DNA of 64,000 bases from an uncultured Thermoleophilia bacterium (GTDB lineage: Bacteria > Actinomycetota > Thermoleophilia > UBA2241), in the NCBI GenBank assembly GCA_963702475.1, contig CAVPCT010000003.1, positions 704,001 through 768,000 on the forward strand, in the 5' to 3' direction. The translations under genes were made by a program, and so were the position numbers. The notes under the pieces are model-generated. The model saw only the letters and a list, made by a program, of their open reading frames with translations, was not told the DNA's origin and ran no database searches. Of this stretch, positions 1 through 14,032 are shown one piece after another; within the stretch, counting starts at the first letter, position 1, and the number at the start of each line of letters is the position of its first letter.

Positions 1-442
1 CTCCGTGGCGGCCGACGCGGAGGCCCAGGCGGTGTTCCTGGACGCCATGGAGCATGCACGCGTCGCCTACGACAAGCTCTTGGAGCTCGGCCTCGCCGAG
101 GGCCGCACGCGCGAGAGCGTGCAGGAGGACGCGCGCTTCGTGCTGCCCAACGCCGCCGAGACCAAGATCGTCGTCACCATGAACGCGCGCGAGCTGCGCC
201 ACTTCTTCCAGGTGCGCTGCTGCAACCGTGCGCAGTGGGAGATCCGCGCGCTCTCGTGGGAGATGCGCCGCATGGTCAAGGAGCTGGCGCCCAACCTGTT
301 CGAGCACAGCGGCCCCGGCTGCCTCTACGGCTCCTGCCCGGAGGGCAAGATGACGTGCGGCACGCCGTACAAGGCCGAGGACGTGGACGGGCCGGCGGCC
401 GCAGGCGCGCCGGCCGACGTGCGCCCGGACGCGCGCAGCTAG
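1..442 (+). CDS. thyX: FAD-dependent thymidylate synthase ThyX, C-terminal part (5' end outside window)
   Basis: [40 protein letters not shown] matches the ThyX C-terminal signature. Confidence 0.9.
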   Translation, partial: SVAADAEAQAVFLDAMEHARVAYDKLLELGLAEGRTRESVQEDARFVLPNAAETKIVVTMNARELRHFFQVRCCNRAQWEIRALSWEMRRMVKELAPNLFEHSGPGCLYGSCPEGKMTCGTPYKAEDVDGPAAAGAPADVRPDARS

Positions 443-489
443 CTGCGCGCGTCCGTCCGGCCCCTCGAGACCCCAGACCGGTTGGTGGA

Positions 490-1458
490 ATGACCCGACT
501 CATGCACATGACTCTCACACTCGTCGCGTGGGCCGCCGTTGGCGCGCGTCGCGCGCAGGTCGGCGGCCAGGCCGTCATCGAGGGCGTCATGATGCGCGGC
601 GTGAACCACTGGTCGCTCGCCGTGCGCCGTCCCGACGACACCATCGGCGTGCACGAGTACCCGCTCGTCAGCTGGATGGTCCGGTTCCCGGTGCTCAAGA
701 CGCCCGTCATCCGCGGCGTCGTCGCCCTGGTCGAGTCCCTCGTCATCGGGATCAAGGCGCTCACCCAGTCGGCCAACGAGTCCATGGGCATGCCCGAGGA
801 GGAGGTGGCGCCGCTGGGCAAGAAGGAGATCGGCATCACGCTGGTCATCGCCATGGTCTTCGCCGTCGGCCTGTTCTTCGTCGCCCCCCTGCTGCTCACC
901 GGCCTGTTCCGCGGCTGGCTCGGCACCGGTCTCGTCTTCTGGCTCATCGAGGGGTGCGTGCGCGTCGGCATCTTCCTCGCCTACATCGTCGTCATCAGCC
1001 AGTTCCGCGACCTGCGCCGCGTGTTCGAGTACCACGGCGCCGAGCACATGAGCATCCACGCCCTGGAGCACGGCGAGGTGCTCGTCCCCGAGAACGTGGA
1101 GAAGTACAAGACGTTGCACCTGCGCTGCGGCACGTCGTTCCTGCTCATCGTCATGGTGGTGAGCATCTTCGTGTTCGCCATCGTCAAGTGGCCGGCCTGG
1201 TACTACCTGATCCTCAGTCGCGTCGTGCTGGTTCCGCTCATCGCCGGCATCAGCTACGAGATCATCAAGTTCGCCGGGCGGCACGAGGACAACCCCGTGG
1301 TGCGCGTGGTCATGGCGCCGGGGCTGGCGCTGCAGTGGCTCACCACCAAGCCGCCGGACCGCGGCCAGGTGGAGGTCGCCATCGCCGCGCTGGACCGCAT
1401 CATCGAGCTCGAGCCCCAGGACCGGCCCCCGGTGAAGGGCGTCGAGGTCATGGCCTGA
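490..1458 (+). CDS. DUF1385 family membrane protein (putative metal-dependent enzyme)
   Basis: GGQAVIEGVMMRG, FEYHGAEH, HLRCGTSF motifs; usual neighbour of prfA/prmC; start codon uncertain. Confidence 0.85.
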   Translation: MTRLMHMTLTLVAWAAVGARRAQVGGQAVIEGVMMRGVNHWSLAVRRPDDTIGVHEYPLVSWMVRFPVLKTPVIRGVVALVESLVIGIKALTQSANESMGMPEEEVAPLGKKEIGITLVIAMVFAVGLFFVAPLLLTGLFRGWLGTGLVFWLIEGCVRVGIFLAYIVVISQFRDLRRVFEYHGAEHMSIHALEHGEVLVPENVEKYKTLHLRCGTSFLLIVMVVSIFVFAIVKWPAWYYLILSRVVLVPLIAGISYEIIKFAGRHEDNPVVRVVMAPGLALQWLTTKPPDRGQVEVAIAALDRIIELEPQDRPPVKGVEVMA

Positions 1459-1468
1459 GGGCCGGGCC

Positions 1469-2554
1469 GTGTCCGCCGTCGACAGCCTCATCGAGGAGAT
1501 CGAGCGCACGTTCGCCGATCTCACCGCGCAGCTCGCCGACCCGGACGTACTGGGCGACCGCGGGCGCTACGCCGATGTCGCCCGCGGCCGCGCCGAGCTG
1601 GAGCAGGTCCACGCCCTCACCGAGCGGTACCGCGAGGCCGAGGCCACCGTCAGTGACGCCGAGGCCCTGCTCGCCGACGAGAGCACCGACGCCGAGATGC
1701 GCACGTTCGCGCAGGAGGAGCTCGTCGAGGGCCGCAGGCAGCTCGACGAGCTCGGCGAGGAGATCCGCGTCGCCATGCTCACGCGCGACCCCAACGACTC
1801 CAAGGACGTCATCATCGAGATCCGCTCCGGGGCCGGCGGCAACGAGGCCTGCATCTTCGCCGGCGAGCTCTCGCGCATGTACCTGCGCTACGCCGAGAGC
1901 AAGGGCTTCGAGACCGAGATCCTCAGCTTCAACGAGAACGACGACGGCGGCTACAAGGACATGACCATCGAGGTCCGCGGACAGGGCGCCTACTCGCTGC
2001 TCAAGTATGAGGGCGGCGTGCACCGCGTGCAGCGCATCCCTGTGACGGAGGCCACGGGGCGCATCCACACCTCCACGGTCACCGTGGCGGTGCTGCCGGA
2101 GGCGGAGGACGTGGAGGTCCAGGTGCACCCCAACGACCTGCGCGTGGAGATCTTCCGCGCCCGCGGGCCGGGCGGCCAGAGCGTGAACACCACGGACTCG
2201 GCGGTGCGCCTCACGCACATCCCGACCGGCGTCACGGTGAGCTGCCAGGACGAGAAGAGCCAGCTCCAGAACAAGGAGAAGGCCATGCGCATCCTGCGCG
2301 CCCGTCTGTTCGAGATCGAGCAGGCCAAACAGGACGCCGAGCGCGGCGCCGTGCGGCGCGGCATGGTGGGGACGGGCGACCGCTCGCAGAAGATCCGCAC
2401 CTACAACTTCCAGCAGAGCCGCGTCACCGATCACCGCGTCGGGCTCACGAGCCACCGCATCGCCGAGGTGCTCGAGGGCGACCTCGACGAGTTCATCGAA
2501 GCGCTGGCCTCCGAGGACCGGCGCGAGCAGCTGGCCGCCGCGGGCGGGGAGTGA
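1469..2554 (+). CDS. prfA: Peptide chain release factor 1
   Basis: [15 protein letters not shown] (GGQ motif), PVT recognition loop in [16 protein letters not shown]. Confidence 0.97.
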   Translation: MSAVDSLIEEIERTFADLTAQLADPDVLGDRGRYADVARGRAELEQVHALTERYREAEATVSDAEALLADESTDAEMRTFAQEELVEGRRQLDELGEEIRVAMLTRDPNDSKDVIIEIRSGAGGNEACIFAGELSRMYLRYAESKGFETEILSFNENDDGGYKDMTIEVRGQGAYSLLKYEGGVHRVQRIPVTEATGRIHTSTVTVAVLPEAEDVEVQVHPNDLRVEIFRARGPGGQSVNTTDSAVRLTHIPTGVTVSCQDEKSQLQNKEKAMRILRARLFEIEQAKQDAERGAVRRGMVGTGDRSQKIRTYNFQQSRVTDHRVGLTSHRIAEVLEGDLDEFIEALASEDRREQLAAAGGE

Positions 2555-2604
2555 AGAGGACACGGCGCGTACTGCGGCGATGTCGGTGCGATCGATCGTC
2601 ACCC

Positions 2605-2668
2605 TTGCCTTGACGACTGCCGCGGCGCATACTCGGTAGGCAAGAATAGACCAGTCTCAGACCAGTCT
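2605..2668 (+). promoter_or_regulatory. Sigma70-type promoter and tandem palindromic operator of the TA operon
   Basis: TTGCCT (2605-2610), 17 bp spacer, CATACT (2628-2633); two copies of the palindrome AGAC-CA-GTCT at 2648-2657 and 2659-2668. Confidence 0.6.
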
Positions 2669-2690
2669 GAAACGGTTGACGAGGTGCACC

Positions 2691-2933
2691 ATGACGACCG
2701 TAGGCGCGTACGAAGCCAAGACGAAGCTCCCCGAGCTGCTCAAGAGAGTCGAGCTCGGGGAGCACATAACCATAGCCCGCCACGGCCGGCCCGTCGCCGT
2801 GATGATCCCGGCGGGGGAGTATCCCCGTCGCGATCCGGCGGCGGCGGTGGAGGCCCTCAAGGAGTTCGCGCGCGGACGGCGCCGCGGCGACTTCGACATC
2901 CGCGCTGCGATCGAGGAAGGACGGAGGTACTGA
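2691..2933 (+). CDS. Phd/YefM family antitoxin
   Basis: MTTVGAYEAKTKLPELLKRVELGEHITIARHGRPVA is a typical Phd N-terminus; lies directly upstream of a PIN toxin. Confidence 0.9.
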   Translation: MTTVGAYEAKTKLPELLKRVELGEHITIARHGRPVAVMIPAGEYPRRDPAAAVEALKEFARGRRRGDFDIRAAIEEGRRY

Positions 2934-2934
2934 C

Positions 2935-3342
2935 GTGTTCGTCCTGGATTGCTCCGTGTCGATGGCATGGATCTTCGACGATGAGGACGATGTCTACGCG
3001 GCGTCGGTACGCGACCGCCTCACACGTGAGGCCGCCGTGGTCCCTGCCATCTGGCCGCTGGAGGTGGGCAACGCTCTCCTTGCGGCCGAGCGCCGCCGGC
3101 GCATCAAGAGGGCCGAGTCCCTGCGGTTCAGCCAGATCCTGGGCACGCTGCCGATCGACATCGACGTGGCGCCGACCCTGCAGGATGCGGAGGCGTTGTG
3201 TGAGCTGGCCCGGGACGTCGGCCTGTCCGTGTACGACGCGACCTATCTTGGGCTCGCGGCGACGCACGGACTCCCCTTGGCGACCCTGGACAAGAGCCTC
3301 GCCCGTGCAGCCGTCGGTCTGGGCGTGGCGCTCGTCGGCTGA
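2935..3342 (+). CDS. vapC: VapC-like PIN-domain toxin
   Basis: FVLDCSV, WPLEVGNAL, LSVYDATYLGLA, LATLDKSL carry the acidic PIN residues. Confidence 0.9.
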   Translation: MFVLDCSVSMAWIFDDEDDVYAASVRDRLTREAAVVPAIWPLEVGNALLAAERRRRIKRAESLRFSQILGTLPIDIDVAPTLQDAEALCELARDVGLSVYDATYLGLAATHGLPLATLDKSLARAAVGLGVALVG

Positions 3343-3375
3343 CGGCCGAACGGGACGCGCGACGGGCAGGGCACC

Positions 3376-4275
3376 GTGCCTACGGCAGGCCAAGCTATGC
3401 GGGAGGCGACCGCGCGGCTCCGCGCGAGCGGTTCGCGGTCGCCGCGGCTGGACGCCGAGCTGCTGCTCTCGGCGGCCCTCGGCGTCGAGCGCACCGCGCT
3501 GCTGCGCGCGCCCGAGCGCGAGCTGACGCGCGACGAGGCGCGGTGCTTCGGCGAGTACGTGGAGCGCCGCGTCGCGCACGAGCCGGTCGCGTACATCCGC
3601 GGCAGGCGCGCCTTTCGCACGCTGGAGCTCGAGGTCTCGCCCGCGGTGCTGATCCCGCGCCCCGAGACGGAGACGCTGGTGGACGTCTCGCTGGAGGTGC
3701 TCGCGCGCGTACCGGCGCTGGTCGGGGCAGCGCCCTACGAACCGCGAGTGTTGGACGTCGGCACGGGCTCGGGGTGCGTCGCCCTCGCGCTGGCCGCGGA
3801 GAACCCGTACGTGTGCGTCACGGCGGTGGACGTCGACGAGGCCGCCGCGGAGGTGGCGCGCCGCAACGCGGCGCGCCTGCGTCTCGGCGTTCGCGTCCTC
3901 GTGCTCGTGAGCGACCTGCTCGCCGGCGTGGACCCGGGCGAGCGCTTCGACCTGGTCGTCAGCAACCCGCCGTACGTGCCGGCCGACGAGTACGAGGCGC
4001 TCGAGACCAACGTGCGCGACTTCGAGCCGCGGCTGGCGCTAGACGGCGGTGCGGACGGGCTGGACGTGTACCGGCGGCTCCTGCCGCAGGCCGCCTGCGT
4101 GCTGCTGCCCGGCGGCACGCTGGCCGTGGAGGTCGGGGCCGGCGAGGCCGACGCTGTCGAAGAGCTGTTCGCGGCTACGGGGACGTACGAGCCGGCCCTC
4201 GTGCGCGCGGATCTCTCCGGCATCCCGCGCGTCGTCTGGGCGCGCCGGCGGGCCGATGACAAGGCGCGTCCGTGA
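3376..4275 (+). CDS. prmC: Release factor glutamine methyltransferase
   Basis: EPVAYIRG, VLIPRPETE, LDVGTGSG, SNPPY, ALDGGADGL. Confidence 0.95.
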   Translation: MPTAGQAMREATARLRASGSRSPRLDAELLLSAALGVERTALLRAPERELTRDEARCFGEYVERRVAHEPVAYIRGRRAFRTLELEVSPAVLIPRPETETLVDVSLEVLARVPALVGAAPYEPRVLDVGTGSGCVALALAAENPYVCVTAVDVDEAAAEVARRNAARLRLGVRVLVLVSDLLAGVDPGERFDLVVSNPPYVPADEYEALETNVRDFEPRLALDGGADGLDVYRRLLPQAACVLLPGGTLAVEVGAGEADAVEELFAATGTYEPALVRADLSGIPRVVWARRRADDKARP

Positions 4276-5015
4276 GCGCCCGCAGCGAGAAGGCGCGAGC
4301 CGTCGTCCTGAGCTCGCGCCCTCTGGGTGAAGCCGACCGTATCCTGCGGCTGTTCACGAAGGAGCTCGGCCGCGTGGACGCCGTCGTCAAGGGCGTGCGC
4401 AAGACCTCGTCGCGCTGGGGCGGCCGTTTGGAGCCCTTCAACGTCTGCGACCTGCTGCTGTATCCGGGTCGCAGCCTGTACACGGTCACGCAGGCGCAGC
4501 TGGTGGACGTCTTCCTGCACCTGCGCGACCACCGCGAGGCGCTCACGGCGGCGGCGGTGGTCTGCGAGACCGCCGCCGGGCTCACGCCCGAGCACCAGCC
4601 CGAGGAGCGCGTGTTCGCCCTGCTGCGCAACACGCTGGCCGAGTTGGACAAGGGCTTCACCGGCCCGGCGGCGCGAGCGCCCATCGTGCTGGGGGCGCTC
4701 CTCAAGCTGCTGTACGAGGCCGGCTACGCCCCTATCCTCGACCACTGCGCCGCCTGCGGCGGCGGCGACCGGGCGCTCGGGTTCTCGGCCTCTCACGGTG
4801 GCCTGGTCTGCGGGCAGTGCCTGGGCCACGGCCTGCCGGTCACGCCCGAGGCGGTCGCCGCCATCGGCGACGCGCTGGAGCGGCCGCTGGCCGAGTTGCG
4901 CGTCGCCGAGCCGTCCGACGCCGTCGGTGAGGCCGTGCGCGACGTGCACGAGCTGTACGCATACCACTCGGGCGCGCGCCTGCGTGCCCTGCGCTTCGCG
5001 CGCGCGTCGCAGTGA
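4272..5015 (+). CDS. recO: DNA repair protein RecO
   Basis: GEADRILRLFTKELGRVDAVVKGVRK..SR.GGRLEPF; Zn finger CAAC..CGQC. Confidence 0.93.
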   Translation: MSARSEKARAVVLSSRPLGEADRILRLFTKELGRVDAVVKGVRKTSSRWGGRLEPFNVCDLLLYPGRSLYTVTQAQLVDVFLHLRDHREALTAAAVVCETAAGLTPEHQPEERVFALLRNTLAELDKGFTGPAARAPIVLGALLKLLYEAGYAPILDHCAACGGGDRALGFSASHGGLVCGQCLGHGLPVTPEAVAAIGDALERPLAELRVAEPSDAVGEAVRDVHELYAYHSGARLRALRFARASQ

Positions 5016-5066
5016 GAAGGGTGACGGCGCCGGCCGGCCGGCAGGGTTCCGGACGTACGAATGCGG

Positions 5067-5118
5067 CGCTCGCGTCGCCGTCGCGCCCTGGACCGGACGC
5101 TCGCGTCGCCGTCGCGCC
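5067..5118 (+). repeat. 21-bp direct repeat CGCTCGCGTCGCCGTCGCGCC x2
   Basis: Copies at 5067-5087 and 5098-5118 in the recO-glyQ intergenic region. Confidence 0.7.
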
Positions 5119-5260
5119 GCGTTCGGGCGCCCGGGGTGCTTTTCCCGGTCGTCATGGGGAAACTACCCCACTACGGTGCGCCGTCGCATAGAACATCCGT
5201 CGCATGGCTGGACGGGATGCGGCCGACGGCAGCGGTTCGTTGGTCGTACGTGTGCGACTT

Positions 5261-5269
5261 TGTTAGAAT
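5261..5269 (+). promoter_or_regulatory. Extended -10 promoter element for glyQS
   Basis: TG-t-TAGAAT about 25 nt upstream of the glyQ start, followed by a GGAGGA RBS. Confidence 0.5.
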
Positions 5270-5293
5270 CGGCGCCCCGGATGCGGAGGAGAC

Positions 5294-6265
5294 GTGAGTA
5301 AGCACACGAGTGCTGTGGACGCCCGGGGAGACATCCCCACGTTCCAGCAGGTCATCGGCCGCTTGCAGGCCTTTTGGGAGCAGCAAGGCTGCGTCGTCAT
5401 GCAGCCGTACCATACCGAGGTCGGGGCGGGCACGTTCAACCCCGCCACCTTCTTGCGCTGCCTGGGGCACAAGCCCTGGCGCGCCGCCTATGTGGAGCCG
5501 TCCATGCGGCCCACCGACGGGCGCTACGGTGAGAACCCGTACCGCCTCGGTCACTACTACCAGTATCAAGTGGTCATCAAGCCGTCGCCGGCCGACATCC
5601 AGGACGTCTACCTGCAGTCCCTGGTCGCCCTCGGCGTCGATCTGCGCGAGCACGACGTGCGTTTCGTGGAGGACAACTGGGAGGGACCGACCCTGGGAGC
5701 CTGGGGGCAGGGCTGGGAGGTCTGGGTCGACGGCATGGAGGCCACCCAGTTCACCTACTTCCAGCAGCTGGGCGGGTTCGACCTCGACCCCATCACCGTG
5801 GAGCTCACGTACGGACTGGAGCGCCTGGCCATGTACCTGCAGGGCGTGGACAGCGTGTACGACCTGGTCTGGTCGCGCTGGGACGAAGGCGGCGAGGAGG
5901 TCGTGGTCACCTACGGCGACGTGTATCAGGAGAACGAGCGCGAGTTCAGCCGCTACAGCTTCGAGGTGGCCGACACCGAGATGCTGTACCGCCACTTCCG
6001 CGAGTTCGAGGCCGAGGCCGAGCGCTGCCTGGAGGCACGCCTGCCGGTGCCCGCCTACGACCACGTGCTCAAGTGCAGCCATGCCTTCAACATGCTCGAC
6101 GCGCGCGGCGTGATCAGCGTGACCGACCGGACCATGCACATCGCCCGGGTCCGGGACCTGGCGCGCAAGGTCGCCGGGCTGTACCTGGAGGTCACTGGCG
6201 ACGTTGACGATGCCGGGGCCGACGGCGCCGGAGACGCCGCCGCGGCCGACGGAGGTGCGGCATGA
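5294..6265 (+). CDS. glyQ: Glycyl-tRNA synthetase alpha subunit
   Basis: [50 protein letters not shown]. Confidence 0.97.
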   Translation: MSKHTSAVDARGDIPTFQQVIGRLQAFWEQQGCVVMQPYHTEVGAGTFNPATFLRCLGHKPWRAAYVEPSMRPTDGRYGENPYRLGHYYQYQVVIKPSPADIQDVYLQSLVALGVDLREHDVRFVEDNWEGPTLGAWGQGWEVWVDGMEATQFTYFQQLGGFDLDPITVELTYGLERLAMYLQGVDSVYDLVWSRWDEGGEEVVVTYGDVYQENEREFSRYSFEVADTEMLYRHFREFEAEAERCLEARLPVPAYDHVLKCSHAFNMLDARGVISVTDRTMHIARVRDLARKVAGLYLEVTGDVDDAGADGAGDAAAADGGAA

Positions 6266-8437
6266 GCGAGACCCTCCTGATCGAGATCGGCTGCGAGGAG
6301 CTGCCGTACAAGGTCTGCGGGTCCGTCATCCGTCAGTTGGAGGGTGACGGCGAGACGCCTGGCCTGGCCCGGCGGCTGCTGGACGAGGCGCGCCTCGCGG
6401 AGCCCGGCGCGCCCGCTCCCACTGTGCTCGTCTCACCGCGGCGTATCGCCGTGCTGGCGCAGGACGTGCCGGACAGCCAGACGGCCCGCACCGACGACTT
6501 CCGCGGGCCCAAGGCCGAGGTCGCCTTCGACGAGGCCGGCGGGCTGACCAAGGCCGGCGCCGGCTTCGCGCGCTCCAAGGGCGCGCAGCCGGAGGACGTG
6601 CGCCGCGAGGTGCAGGACGGCACCGAGTTCGCCGTGGTCCGCGTCGAGGCGCCGCGGGCGCTCGCCGCGGACGTGCTTCCGGAGCTGGTGCGCAAGCTCG
6701 TCACCGGGCTGCAGATCCCGCGCGGCATGCGCTGGGGCCGCCGTCCGGAGGGGGAGGAGGACTACCTCCGTTTCTCGCGGCCCATCCGCTGGTTCGTGGT
6801 CAAGCTGGGGTCGCGCACCATCGACGGCTCGTTCTACGGCCTGCCGTTCGGGGATGTGAGCCAGGGCCACCGCGTGCTGGGATCGCCGGTCGTCATCGGC
6901 AAGGCCGAGCACTACGAGCGGTACCTGATCGAGCACCAGGTCGTGGTCTCGCAGCACGAGCGCCGGAGCCTCATCGCCGAGGGTCTGGACGCGCGCGCCA
7001 AGGAGTTGGGCGGCGAGTGGTCCGACCCCGGCGACGTGCTCGCCGAGAACCTCTTCCTGGTCGAGTGGCCGAGTGTGGAGAGCGGGCGCATCGACGAACG
7101 TCACCTGCGCCTGCCCGACCCCGTGCTCATCACGGCCATGCAGAGCCACCAGCGCTACCTGCCGGTGCGCGACCGCGACGGCGAGCTGCTGCCGGCGTTC
7201 CTCTACATCAACAACGCCGACCCGGCGGCCGCGGAGCTCATCACGCACGGCAACGAGCGCGTGCTGGGCGGCCGCCTTGACGACGCCGAGTTCGCCTACG
7301 ACCGCGACGTGGCCGAGGGCCTGGACGACATGGCCGGTCGCCTCGGCGCCGTGGTCTTTCACGAGAAGCTCGGCTCCCTGGCCGACAAGGCGGCCCGCCT
7401 GCAGGGCCTGGTGGCCGGGCTCTGCGCCGCGCCCGGTTGCGGCGCGGCCGGCGGCGGCAACGGGTCCGGCGCCGGGCCTCGAGGGCACGCTGCGGACGGC
7501 CGCCCGGCTCGCCAAGGCCGACCTGGTGAGCCAGGTCGTCATCGAGTTCCCGGCGTTGCAGGGCGAGATGGGCGGCATCTACGCGCGCGGCGGCGGTCTG
7601 GGCGACGCCGTGGGCGACGCCGTCGGCCAGCACTATCGGCCGCTCTCGGCCACGGCGCCGCTGCCGGAGACGCTGGCCGGCGCCCTGCTGGCCGTGGCCG
7701 ACAAGGTGGACAACATCGTGGGCGCCTGGGCGGCCGGAGAGAAGCCGTCGGGCTCGCGCGACCCGTACGGCCTGCGCCGCGCCGCCATGGGCATCGTGCG
7801 CATCGCCCTGGAGTACAGCCTGCGCTTCTCCCTCACCGGCCTGCTGCAGAGCGCGTTGGACCAGTTCGAGCTGCAGGGCGTGCAAGGCGTGGACGACGCG
7901 CGCCGTGCGGCCATCGTGGCCGAGACGGCAGCGTTCGTGCGCGAGCGCCTGCAGGTGCAGCTGCTCGACGCCGGCGTGCCGTTCCCGAGCGTGGAGGCGG
8001 CGCTGGCCGCCCCCGCCGGCGACCTGCCGGCGCTGGCGGCCCGGGCGCGCACCTTCGCGGCGCTCGCCGGCCGCGACTTCTTCGAGGACGCCGTGACGGC
8101 CTACAACCGCTGCGCGGCGCTGGCCTCCAAAGACCCCGAGGCCGGGTCCCGCGCCGTCGACCCGGCCCTGTTCAGCTACGACGCCGAGCGCGAGCTGGCC
8201 GCGACCGTGGAACGGGCGCGCGGCCCGCTGCTCGAGGCGCTCAGGCACCTGGAGCTGGAGAGCGCCGTCAAGGAGGCGGCCGGCCTGCGGCCGGCCGTGG
8301 ACCGCTACTTCGACGACGTGCTGGTGATGGACCAGGACGAGGCGGTGCGCGCCAACCGCCTGGCCCAGCTCGCCGCCGTCACCGCGCTCATCGGCGCGAT
8401 CGGCGAGTTCAGCCGCCTGCCGCTCACGCAGACGTGA
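6262..8437 (+). CDS. glyS: Glycyl-tRNA synthetase beta subunit (apparent frameshift near 7430-7480)
   Basis: [32 protein letters not shown] in frame 6262; [31 protein letters not shown] in the frame of ORF 7073-8437. Confidence 0.9.
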
Positions 8438-8505
8438 ACGCCGCACCCACCGACCCCATCGCCGCCGTCGCGGCGTGACGAAGACAGTCCCCGGGAGGAC
8501 GAGAG

Positions 8506-11227
<2,722 letters not shown>

Positions 11228-11241
11228 GCGGGAGGCGCCGC

Positions 11242-11799
11242 GTGGCGAAGCTGGGCGGCGAGGTCACAGGCGTGCTCGAGGACGGGCGCGCGTGGTGCGT
11301 GCGCGACGCGCGCCCGCGCGACGCGCGCCCGCTCGCGCGCCTGCTCGACGACATCGCCGCCGAGCCGCAGCCGGCCTTGCTCATGCTGCCGGGCCAGTTC
11401 ACGGCGAGCGTGTGGAAGCGACGCATCCAGGACTCGCTGGCCGACCCGCGCTGCCTGCAGCTCTCGGCCACTGTGGGTGAGAAGCTGGCCGGCAACCTGG
11501 GGCTGCGGCCCGACGCCCACCCGAGCTCGGCGCACGTCACGTGGCTGGGGATGTCGATGGGCGAGCCGTTCCGCGGTCTGGGGCTGGGCGGGGCCCTGCT
11601 CGAGACCGCGGTCGAGTGGGCCACGGTGAGCGGCCTCGCGAAGATCGCCCTCGGCGTCTTTCCCGAGAACGTCCGGGCCATCGGCTTCTACGCGCGTCAC
11701 GGGTTCGTGGAGGAGGGCCGCCGGCGTGCCCAGTTCGTCCGCGCCGGGCAGTATCATGACGAGGTCCTCATGGCGCGCTTCCTCACAGACCCCGTCTGA
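11242..11799 (+). CDS. GNAT family N-acetyltransferase
   Basis: FRGLGLGGALL acetyl-CoA motif, N.RAIGFY.RHGF. Confidence 0.85.
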   Translation: MAKLGGEVTGVLEDGRAWCVRDARPRDARPLARLLDDIAAEPQPALLMLPGQFTASVWKRRIQDSLADPRCLQLSATVGEKLAGNLGLRPDAHPSSAHVTWLGMSMGEPFRGLGLGGALLETAVEWATVSGLAKIALGVFPENVRAIGFYARHGFVEEGRRRAQFVRAGQYHDEVLMARFLTDPV

Positions 11800-11802
11800 G
11801 CC

Positions 11803-12192
11803 GTGGACCGCTCCCACCTGCTCAAGACCCTGATCACGGTGGCGGCCGTGGCGCTCGCCGTGCTCCCGGCCGCCGTGGCCTTCGGCCTGGGCTGGCTCAC
11901 CTTCGGCCACCCCGACCTGCCCACCGGTGGGCCCACGCTGCCCGACACCACGCCGCCCGAGGCGTGGGCGCTCTTCGCGCTGCTCTACCTGGGCTGGCTG
12001 TCCGCGCTCATGGTGCTGCTCGTCTGGTCGTTCGATCGCGTCGGTCACCACTGGAGCGCGTGGGACAGGGCGCCGCGCAAGGAGAAGAAGCGACTCCGCC
12101 GCCTCCGCGCCGGCCTGGGCTTCCTCGCCGGGCAGGAGAAAGCGCGCGCCGACGCCGAGGCGGAGCTGACGCGCCGGACGGAGGACCGCTGA
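11803..12192 (+). CDS. Hypothetical membrane protein (2 TM segments)
   Basis: Two hydrophobic stretches; tight operon spacing with neighbours. Confidence 0.6.
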   Translation: MDRSHLLKTLITVAAVALAVLPAAVAFGLGWLTFGHPDLPTGGPTLPDTTPPEAWALFALLYLGWLSALMVLLVWSFDRVGHHWSAWDRAPRKEKKRLRRLRAGLGFLAGQEKARADAEAELTRRTEDR

Positions 12193-12194
12193 CC

Positions 12195-14021
12195 GTGCCG
12201 CTCATCTCACGCGCCAGCATCGAGCAGGTCCAGACCATGGCCGACATGGTCGAGATCGTCGGCCAGTACACCCAGCTCAAGAAGGCCGGGGCCAACTACA
12301 GCGGGCGCTGCCCGTTCCACGAGGAGCGCACCCCGTCGTTCTCCGTGAACCCGACGGAGAAGCTGTACTACTGCTTCGGCTGCGGCGCCGGCGGCAACCT
12401 CTTCGGCTTCGTGCAGGCCAAGGAGAACCTGGACTTCGCCGGCGCCGTCGAGCACCTCGCCGACCGGTACGGCATCCAGCTCGAGTACGAGGAGAGCAGC
12501 CCTCGCGGCGAGGCCGAGCGCCGGCGCCGCGACCGGTTACGCTCCCTCCTGGAGCACGCCACCGCCCACTACGAGCGCGTGCTGTGGGATTCAGGCGCGG
12601 CCGCGCCGGCCCGCGAGTACCTCGCGCGGCGCGGCCTGGGCGAGGCTGTCTGCCGCGCCTTCCGCGTGGGCTTCAGCCGGCCGGGCTGGGAGAAGCTGCG
12701 AGACGCGGCGCAGACGAAGAGCTTCACCGACCAGGAGCTGCTCGACGCCGGCCTGGTCGTCCCCGGCCGCCAGGCGCGCCCGTACGACCGCTTCCGCGGG
12801 CGCATCATGTTCCCGCTGGCGGACGACCGCGGGCGCACCCTCGGGTTCGGCGCCCGCACCCTGGGCGACGAGAAACCCAAGTACCTCAACTCGCCGGAGA
12901 CGGCGCTGTACCACAAGAGCGAGGCCCTGTTCGGCCTGGACAAGGCCAGGGCCGCGGCCTCCCGCGACGACCGTGTGTACATCGTGGAGGGCTACACCGA
13001 CGTCATGGCGCTGGCCCAGGCCGGGGTGGAGAACAGCGTCGCCAGCATGGGCACGGCGCTCACGGAGCAGCAGCTCACGCGGCTCTCCCGGGTCACGCGC
13101 AACCTGTACCTCTGCTACGACGCCGACGCCGCCGGCATCGGGGCCATGGACAGGGCCCTCAGGCTGGGCCGCGCCATGGGCCTCAGCCTGCACGTGGTGC
13201 GCATCCCCGACGGGCTCGACCCGGCCGACTACGTGCTCTCCGGCGCCGGGCGCGACGGCTTCGAGCGGCTTGCCGCCGAGGCGCAGACCCTGTTACAATT
13301 CCACGTCCGTTTGGCGCTCGCCACTCACGACCTCGACAAGCCCGATGGACGGGCACGCGCGGTGGCGCGACTCAAGGAGGTCCTCTCCGAGGCGGCGACG
13401 CCGATCGAGCGCGACGACGAGCTGCGGTACATCGCCGATGTGCTGCAGCTCTCGGCCGAGAGCGCGAGCTACCTGCTGAAGGGCGGCGGACGACCTGGAG
13501 ACGGGCGCGCCGCCGCGCAGGGCCGCGGCGAGACCCCCCCGGACGGGGGCGCGGCGGCTGCGATCGGCGGCGCGCACGAGCTCGAGGTCCGCTTTCTGGC
13601 CGGCTGCCTTGCGCGGCCGGAAAAGGGGCGCGCGGTGGTGACCGGCTTGGACGACAGCTTCTTCTCGTCGGCCGAGACGCGTGCGGCGTTAGGTTCTGTG
13701 AAGGCGCGGTTGGAGGTCCCGGACGCGGGGAATACCCTGCAAACACTGCACGACGGGGCTGAAGACGCGGGCGGAACGGTGCTCGCGGAGGTCATCGTGC
13801 GCGCCGGTCGCGAGCGCTTCACGGACGTGGTGGTCGACGAGTTCTTCCTGCGTCTGCAAGAGGCGCAACTGGGAAGACTCATGGCGCGGCTCAAGGTCGC
13901 GATGCAGGGTGACGAGACAGAGAAGCAGGCGCGGGAACTGGCGAGACTCGAGGCTGCGCGGCGGCGTCTCCGCGAGGCGCTCCGGGCCATTCCCGTGGAC
14001 GAGGAGCCCCAAGAAGGGTAG
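12195..14021 (+). CDS. dnaG: DNA primase
   Basis: [16 protein letters not shown] Zn finger, [40 protein letters not shown] motifs. Confidence 0.96.
   Translation: MPLISRASIEQVQTMADMVEIVGQYTQLKKAGANYSGRCPFHEERTPSFSVNPTEKLYYCFGCGAGGNLFGFVQAKENLDFAGAVEHLADRYGIQLEYEESSPRGEAERRRRDRLRSLLEHATAHYERVLWDSGAAAPAREYLARRGLGEAVCRAFRVGFSRPGWEKLRDAAQTKSFTDQELLDAGLVVPGRQARPYDRFRGRIMFPLADDRGRTLGFGARTLGDEKPKYLNSPETALYHKSEALFGLDKARAAASRDDRVYIVEGYTDVMALAQAGVENSVASMGTALTEQQLTRLSRVTRNLYLCYDADAAGIGAMDRALRLGRAMGLSLHVVRIPDGLDPADYVLSGAGRDGFERLAAEAQTLLQFHVRLALATHDLDKPDGRARAVARLKEVLSEAATPIERDDELRYIADVLQLSAESASYLLKGGGRPGDGRAAAQGRGETPPDGGAAAAIGGAHELEVRFLAGCLARPEKGRAVVTGLDDSFFSSAETRAALGSVKARLEVPDAGNTLQTLHDGAEDAGGTVLAEVIVRAGRERFTDVVVDEFFLRLQEAQLGRLMARLKVAMQGDETEKQARELARLEAARRRLREALRAIPVDEEPQEG
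13270..13299 (+). promoter_or_regulatory. Putative internal promoter in dnaG driving rpoD
   Basis: TTGCCG, 18 bp spacer, TG-t-TACAAT in a locally AT-rich patch of dnaG. Confidence 0.4.
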
Positions 14022-14032
14022 GGACGGACGTT

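Noticed and set aside
5016-5293. T-box riboswitch upstream of glyQS
   Set aside because: No T-box consensus (GGTGG.ACC) and the promoter lies only about 25 nt from the start
7430-7480. Frameshift in glyS as programmed frameshifting or a pseudogene
   Set aside because: Essential gene, no slippery motif, and similar single-base indels occur in ppdK and the MalT-like gene; most likely sequencing error
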